Below are positions 8,701-13,331 of a stretch of 13,331 bases of DNA, in pieces; positions within the stretch are counted from its first letter, which is position 1; every line of letters starts with the position of its first letter. Under the pieces are notes generated by a model that worked only from the letters and a program-made list of their open reading frames with translations, was not told the origin of the DNA and did no database searches. Both the position numbers and the translations under genes were made by a program. The stretch is from Chthoniobacteraceae bacterium (GTDB taxonomy: Bacteria; Verrucomicrobiota; Verrucomicrobiia; Chthoniobacterales; Chthoniobacteraceae), in NCBI GenBank assembly GCA_031409335.1, contig JANNWY010000199.1, forward strand, positions 1 to 13,331, read 5' to 3'.

Positions 8701-11700
8701 CGTGGCCGAGGCCACGATCTCGGTGTGCGCACCACCTTTGAGATCGAGCGTGCCGCCGCCGAGCACCAGCGCAGCGGAGTCGGAGAGTTTGCTGTTATCC
8801 TGCCCGCTGCCGTAGTCCAACTGCAGCGTGCCGGCGTTCACGGTGGTCGCGCCAGTGTAGGAGTTGGCGCCGGAGAGCGTCCAGGTGCTCGTGTTGCTCT
8901 TGGTCAGCGAGAGGGTGTTGAGGTTGTTGCTGATGTCGCCGCTGATGCTGTTGCCCGCGATGGTCCCATCAAGCGCGAGGGTCTTGGGTTGACTGTTTAG
9001 TCCAATATTAACCGGCCCCGTGATCGCGATGGTCGCAGTCGTCGGGTTGAGCGTGGAAGTCGCAGCCCCGCCGGAAGTGAGATTCATCCCGGTAAAGGAG
9101 ACGCCCGCAGTTCCGCTGGTCACGTTTGCGCCCGCCGCCACAGTGAGCACATTCGCGCCCCAAGAGAGATTTCCCAAGCTATGCACAAAGCCCGCGCCTG
9201 CGGTCGCACGGTTCACCGTGATCGTATTCGCGAAGCTGCTGCTCCCATTGAAGCTGTAGGCATTGACGGTGGTATCCGTCGCGAGTTCCAGATTGCCAGA
9301 CACCAGCGCATTGCCAGAGGTAGCCGCGGATGGGTTTAGGACAAAATTCACCACATTCCCCGCCGGGCCGAAGGCGGATGGATTGGCGGCCACGAGCACG
9401 CCGCCGCCGATGGCGGTCGCGCCGGTATAAGTATTCGCGCCAGACAGGGTAAGAGTGTTCGTGCCGAGCTTCATAATGCCAAGGCTGTTCGCGCCGGCAT
9501 TGGGATTGGCGATGGTGGTCGAATAACTAAAGTTTCCCGAAGTCGTATCGAGACCAAGGAAGGAGCCACTCTGAAAGCCGCGGGCCGCCGTGCCGAGGGC
9601 GGCGATGGTGTCCACATTTGCCGAGGTGAACTCATTGGTGCCACCGATGCTCAAAGCCAGTGTCCCACCGCTGGCGACGAGGATGTTCGTAGCCGTCCAG
9701 CTCGCGGGGTTGTTGGCGTAAAGGGCGAAGGTTTTCGTGTAGGCGAGGCGCCCAGCGTTGATGTCTGTGGGGCCGGTGAAGGTATTCAGACCGCTGAGAG
9801 TCAGGACGCCCGTGCCTGCTTTGGTCAGGCCGCTGCCCGCCGCAGACTCGCTGATGCCGTTGGAAAATTGCACCGAAGTACCCGCGACCGTGGCACCGAC
9901 TCCAGAAGTCAGCGTGCGCGTCCCGCTGAGGACGGCCGGGCCGGTAAAGATCAGCGATTTCTCCGTCGCTACCGTCGGGAACGTCGTATTCACCGCCGCG
10001 ATGTTCACGGGGTTTGCGATGGTCACATTTGCCGTGGTAGTCGCGCGCATTTGCCCGCCGTTCAGGGTGAGGATGCCGCCGACGCCAAAGGGCGATGCCA
10101 CATTGATCGGAACGATGACGCCCGTGCCGCTAATCGTCGTGCCGCCGGTATAAGTATTCACGCCGCCGATGGCCAGCGTGCTGGAACTTGTGTTACTGAG
10201 CGTCAGGCCGCCGATGCCTGCGATGATGGAATTCACGGTCCCGGTAAACGCCGTGGTGAGATTGATCGTGCCGCCGCTCGCACCGAGGGCGATGCCGCGC
10301 TGCGCAGCCAGTATCAGCGCCGCCGTCGGAGCGAGCCGCAGCGTGCCGCCATTGAACGTCAGGTTCCCCGGCGCGGCTGCCGCGGGGACAACCCCAAGCT
10401 GCGCATTGGCGCTCGCCGCGCCGTCCGTGGTGATGACCGTCGTGCCGCCATTAAAGAACGTGCCGCCCGTGTAGCTATTCGCGCCACTCGGCGTAAAGAC
10501 GCCAGTGCCCGTGCTCGACACGGTGACGCTCGATGCGCCAGCACCGTTGTTCGCGATGACGGAGCTGACCGTCACGCCGGCGGTGTTCGCGATATTCACC
10601 ACGAGATCCCTCTCGGGACCGATGATGACAGAGCCGGCGCCGGAGATCGTGGCCAGTGTCGTCCCTAAACCTAGGATGCCATTCGCCGTGTATGTGAACC
10701 CACCGTTCGCAAGTGTGGCCGCCGTCGCACCATTGTTGGTGATGAGCGCGTAGCTCGAGGCCGGAGCCGTCAAAGTCAAAAGCGCGGCGGCAGGAAGTTG
10801 ATGAACTACGGTAGGAGCGAGACCAGTCGCCGCCACCAACGCAGTGCTACTCGGCATGGCTGCGAGCTGATAGGGGCCTGATGCCGAGCCCAGCGCAACG
10901 ACGTAGCGGGCGGCAGTGCCGGTGCCGTTGAACGCATTTGCACCGATAAAAGTAAACGAACCCGCGCCCGGCATCGTGATCGCCGTGCCGTTGCGAGTCA
11001 CGCCCGAGACCGTTACGATTTCCGTCGTCGAAGCAGCACCCGCCGTCCCAACTCCACCTGCCGCCCAAGCGGTATTCGGCGTAAAGGCAATGCTGCTTCC
11101 CGCCCCACTGGTCAGCAGGCCAAGCGTCACCGTCGTCGAGGTTCCCGCGCCGCGATTTGGTGCCAGCGTCGAGCGTCCCGCGCTCAAGGTCGTGCTGGCA
11201 AAAGTCTGCGCCGTCGTTCCCACGCTGTTGCCGAGCACCGATAGCGTGCCGCCGCCGAGATTCAGCACCGAAGCCGGGTTGATGATATCCGTCGGCGTCG
11301 CCAGGTTCGCGAAATCCAGCGCCAGCGTGCCGCGATTCACCTGCGTCTGCCCCGTGTAAGCCTGCGCCGTGGCCGTGCCGAAGGTCGTCGTGCCCGTGCC
11401 GTTCTGCGTCACATTCCCCAAGCCGGAAATCGTGCCGAAATCCACGCCCTGCGCCATAGCATTCGAGCGATTGAAAGTCAGCGACCCATTGGAGTCCACG
11501 CTGATCGCGCTGCTCGGCGAAAGCGAACCCGTCGTCCCGCCCAGCCCGAGCTGCAAGCGCCCGCCGTTCGCCGAAATCGTCGTCGCGCCGGTGTAAGTAT
11601 TCGTGCCCGTGAGCCAGAGCGTGCCCGTGTTGTTCTTCGTCAAAGCAACCGTCCCCGCGCCGTCCGAGATATTGCCGAGCAGCGTGCCATTCCCCGACTG

Positions 11701-12735
11701 CGAGCCACCGAAAGCCAGCGTCTGCGTGCCCGCGACACCCGCCGAGATATTGCCCGCGAGATAGCCGCCTTCGAGTCCGATGGTGCTGCTCCCCGCCAGC
11801 GAGATGTTTCCACCCAGCACGCCCGTAGCCAGCCGGATGACGCCGCGATTTTCGCTATTGCCCGTGCCGATGATCGAAATGCCGCCGTTGAAGTTCGCCG
11901 TGTTCCCACCCGTCACGAAGAGCTGGCTGCCATTGTCCACAACCAGCGACGCCGCCACATTGCCGATGTTATTGTTGGTATTCAGCTTGTCGCCGTTTGT
12001 CCCTGTATTCGAGAGCTGAATCGTGCCGCCAAATCCCCCGACATTATTGAGGATCGTATTCGTCGCCGTCGTGCCATTGAACGTCAGCCTCAGCAACCCG
12101 GAACCCGTGAACGCATTGTTAATCGTCGTCCCCGCCGCCACCGTATTCGCGCTTTGCAAATCCAACGTCGAACCCGCACCCACGGAAACCGCGCCCGTGC
12201 CAAGTGCGGTAACGTTCGCCCCTGTATTCGTCGTGGCAGTCACCGTCCCTGCGCTGGCTCCGATTGTGAGTCCGCCGGAAAAGGTATTGCCTGTATTGGC
12301 AAGCGTAAGGTTTCCCGTGCCCGCCTTGGTGATCCCCGTAGTGCCCGCGAGCAGCGAAGAGATGGTGGCATCTGCGTTTGCCGTGATGGTGGGTGTCGCG
12401 CCGCCCAGAGTAAGGGTGTTGCTTTGGACAATGTAGCCTGCCGAGTTAAACGTGATGCCACCCACCGTGATCGGCCCACCCAGCGAAACGGTCCCCGCGA
12501 CATCGCCGAAGATGGCGCTGTCGGGATTCGCATTGCTCCAGTTGGCATCGCCCGCACCGGTGTTCCAGTTCCCCGCGAGGTCGGTCCAGATGCCACTACC
12601 TCCCGTGATGGCTGCGCCGTCGCCCGGTGCGATGTCCCACGTCAGACTCGCGGCCTTACCTTGAGCAACGGCGAGCAATGCAGTGATGGAGCCGGCCAGG
12701 ATGGCGCGGCGAAGGGAGCGGGAACGTGTATTCAT
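5713..12735 (-). CDS. Giant secreted PEP-CTERM protein with autotransporter-associated beta-strand (PATR) repeats, 2340 aa
   Basis: ATG start; signal peptide MNTRSRSLRRAILAGSITALLAVAQGKA. About 13 PATR-like repeats (e.g. LTKAGAGTLTLAGANTYTGITTV). C-terminus VPEPGSAALLFGGMLTLLGARRRRR*. No beta-barrel. Confidence 0.95.
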   Translation of the reverse strand: MNTRSRSLRRAILAGSITALLAVAQGKAASLTWDIAPGDGAAITGGSGIWTDLAGNWNTGAGDANWSNANPDSAIFGDVAGTVSLGGPITVGGITFNSAGYIVQSNTLTLGGATPTITANADATISSLLAGTTGITKAGTGNLTLANTGNTFSGGLTIGASAGTVTATTNTGANVTALGTGAVSVGAGSTLDLQSANTVAAGTTINNAFTGSGLLRLTFNGTTATNTILNNVGGFGGTIQLSNTGTNGDKLNTNNNIGNVAASLVVDNGSQLFVTGGNTANFNGGISIIGTGNSENRGVIRLATGVLGGNISLAGSSTIGLEGGYLAGNISAGVAGTQTLAFGGSQSGNGTLLGNISDGAGTVALTKNNTGTLWLTGTNTYTGATTISANGGRLQLGLGGTTGSLSPSSAISVDSNGSLTFNRSNAMAQGVDFGTISGLGNVTQNGTGTTTFGTATAQAYTGQTQVNRGTLALDFANLATPTDIINPASVLNLGGGTLSVLGNSVGTTAQTFASTTLSAGRSTLAPNRGAGTSTTVTLGLLTSGAGSSIAFTPNTAWAAGGVGTAGAASTTEIVTVSGVTRNGTAITMPGAGSFTFIGANAFNGTGTAARYVVALGSASGPYQLAAMPSSTALVAATGLAPTVVHQLPAAALLTLTAPASSYALITNNGATAATLANGGFTYTANGILGLGTTLATISGAGSVIIGPERDLVVNIANTAGVTVSSVIANNGAGASSVTVSSTGTGVFTPSGANSYTGGTFFNGGTTVITTDGAASANAQLGVVPAAAAPGNLTFNGGTLRLAPTAALILAAQRGIALGASGGTINLTTAFTGTVNSIIAGIGGLTLSNTSSSTLAIGGVNTYTGGTTISGTGVIVPINVASPFGVGGILTLNGGQMRATTTANVTIANPVNIAAVNTTFPTVATEKSLIFTGPAVLSGTRTLTSGVGATVAGTSVQFSNGISESAAGSGLTKAGTGVLTLSGLNTFTGPTDINAGRLAYTKTFALYANNPASWTATNILVASGGTLALSIGGTNEFTSANVDTIAALGTAARGFQSGSFLGLDTTSGNFSYSTTIANPNAGANSLGIMKLGTNTLTLSGANTYTGATAIGGGVLVAANPSAFGPAGNVVNFVLNPSAATSGNALVSGNLELATDTTVNAYSFNGSSSFANTITVNRATAGAGFVHSLGNLSWGANVLTVAAGANVTSGTAGVSFTGMNLTSGGAATSTLNPTTATIAITGPVNIGLNSQPKTLALDGTIAGNSISGDISNNLNTLSLTKSNTSTWTLSGANSYTGATTVNAGTLQLDYGSGQDNSKLSDSAALVLGGGTLDLKGGAHTEIVASATLTANTASRVTSSAPGAVLQMGTITRNPVASIDFAAPNIATTDSPNVNGILGSWATIGGTDWASNSASPGLGLITAATYTDVQRQTAGIILDNAATNVRIVEGSGANNITLGAAITTINTLNQSASGGSSAATIDPAGQTLSTSAILVGTGAGGLTIGTGVNNGILTSATAGGDLALINNTASGLTINSAIADNSFSTLTKTGTGPLTLNGANTYAGGTTLAGGTVTLGNASALGTGTLTLSGGNLDSSVVNLVNANNNVQAWNANFTFVGTQNLDLGAGDVTLAANRQVTVTANTLKVGGVVGGAFSLTKAGAGTLTLAGANTYTGITTVSAGTLTLSGARTAAATGGFNVGTVTGSTGTLNVTDGTFAVGGAGSNFLVGSGIASTGILNQSGGSLTTIGNQLLIGNLGATGTYNLSGTGTLTTIAGSLGVTVGVNTGTTGTFNLSDTGTLTMPATSTLQITRSDNSPASGVTGTFTQTGGTATVGILQMGGSNTAPANNANANATLDLSGGTFTAATFNVLSGANASTSTIHIRDTADVTLPAFPTARGAGSTATINFDGGTLRSLAASATYMGGLTNAFIKAGGARFEIANNITVTQALRTDGVSLGGGFTKAGAGTLTLTGANTYTGKTTVSAGGLTFNSIGDVGAGASALGAPTTVAEGTIDLSGTLTYTGAATSTDRVINLTNAAANSSIFNSGTGLLTLNGDITGGALVLIFRGNGSITMNGIIPATHTGNVTHTENSTLTLTNANNAWTGSMNISKGIVSVASIADKSLASAIGAGTVITLGQSGFNNTGTLQFTGASGGSSDRDIDIQSNAAQANGGIIENTTAGQLLTLSGDITVGGTGTLPTLGLIGEGNGELSGDILGTPALAVTKSGTGTWTLSGTNTYTRATTVTAGTLNIDGTIGAGANVVNANGGTTNFGVSQTLGALNIADGAVATLGGVGAAPAPEFGGGFGGAEAFVTAPAAVPEPGSAALLFGGMLTLLGARRRRR

Positions 12736-12770
12736 GTTTGTGGACGGTTAGGTTGCGGATGCGGGTAAAA

Positions 12771-12790
12771 GTAGTCTTAGGCTTTGGCCA
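12771..12790 (+). repeat. Degenerate GTAG-type REP-like element, copy 4
   Basis: GTAGTCTTAGGCTTTGGCCA has the same spacing as the consensus, with hairpin GGC-TTTG-GCC in place of GAC-TTTA-GTC. It is preceded by AAAA like copy 1 and is inverted relative to copy 5 (110-bp unit). Confidence 0.45.
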
Positions 12791-12860
12791 GAAAAACGGT
12801 GCTGCTTTGATGAGGGGCTGTTACTAGCTTGCTTGGATATAAATATGTCGATGATTGGGC

Positions 12861-12880
12861 CGACTGAAGTCGCGGACTAC
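12861..12880 (-). repeat. GTAG-type REP-like element, copy 5
   Basis: Minus strand GTAGTCCGCGACTTCAGTCG, 18/20 identical to copy 2; it begins 9 nt after the TAA of the third gene. Confidence 0.75.
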
Positions 12881-12889
12881 GCTCGAAGA

Positions 12890-13331
12890 TTACATTCGCG
12901 AAGCACGGCGCGCGAACTGTGCCTTCCGCCGCTCACGCCAGCCGACGAGGCCGAGCAGGCCCATCGCCACTGCTACGCTCGATGGCTCGGGCACCGGCAC
13001 GACTTCGCCGAAGCCTCCGGTTAAGGCAGAGTAGCCGGGGTCGTAGGGCAGGATCGTTGTGCCGCCGTCGCTGTAGAATTTGATCTGTGTGAGCTGGCTC
13101 GGGCTCAATCCGCCTCCGCCGGCACCGCCGAAAAAGAGCTGGTCGGTGCCGTTGCCGACGTTCTGGTTCCCGGACCAGTTCCAAATGTTGAGCGTGCCCG
13201 TCCATGTCAGCGCGCTAATGTCGGCGAAACGCAGAATGCTCGCGCCCGCTCCCATGTCGATGACCGAGCTGGCCGAGAGCGTCAGCGCGCCGACGGTTTC
13301 GGAGAAGCCTGCGGTGTTGAAGGTGCCGCCG
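12890..13331 (-). CDS. C-terminal part of a third PEP-CTERM beta-strand-repeat protein (5'-partial, starts beyond the window)
   Basis: The frame is open to the window edge (...GGTFNTAGFSETVGALTLSASSVIDMGAGASILRF...GTLNIWNWSG...GTDQLFFG...), so the track's ATG at 13255 is probably internal. It ends VPVPEPSSVAVAMGLLGLVGWRERRKAQFARRASRM* (TAA at 12892-12890). Confidence 0.9.
   Translation of the reverse strand, partial: GGTFNTAGFSETVGALTLSASSVIDMGAGASILRFADISALTWTGTLNIWNWSGNQNVGNGTDQLFFGGAGGGGLSPSQLTQIKFYSDGGTTILPYDPGYSALTGGFGEVVPVPEPSSVAVAMGLLGLVGWRERRKAQFARRASRM

Noticed and set aside
12700..12735. Tat signal (SLRRAIL) in the 2340-aa protein
   Set aside because: Poor match to S/T-R-R-x-F-L-K; an Arg-rich Sec n-region is more plausible for such a large repeat protein.
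432..12880. Repeats interpreted as a CRISPR array or integron attC sites
   Set aside because: Copies are ~20 nt, in both orientations and kilobases apart. They lack the RYYYAAC...GTTRRRY attC box structure, and no cas or integrase gene is present.

Overview
High-GC window, probably from a Verrucomicrobiota genome (inferred from protein architecture and the pyrimidine-rich leaders lacking a Shine-Dalgarno site). It is almost filled by a head-to-tail minus-strand array of giant secreted PEP-CTERM proteins built from autotransporter-associated beta-strand (PATR-type) repeats: the C-terminal end of one gene (>13331-12890), a 2340-aa gene (12735-5713) and a ~1677-aa gene (5589-556). A probable fourth gene starts at 244 with a signal-peptide-like N-terminus and is cut after ~25 codons by what looks like the right end of an IS5/IS1182-type element (<1-167). 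The main non-coding signal is a GTAG-hairpin REP-like motif (GTAGTYNNCGACTTYAGTCG) directly after every PEP-CTERM gene. In two genes its GTAG contains the TAG stop codon, and at two junctions it forms an inverted, REPIN-like pair. The genes also share a near-identical sorting tail, reuse modules at different positions, carry an internal ~650-aa duplication and show block-wise codon-usage shifts. Together this suggests a recombination-shuffled, REP-punctuated array of surface-protein genes; that interpretation is a hypothesis.
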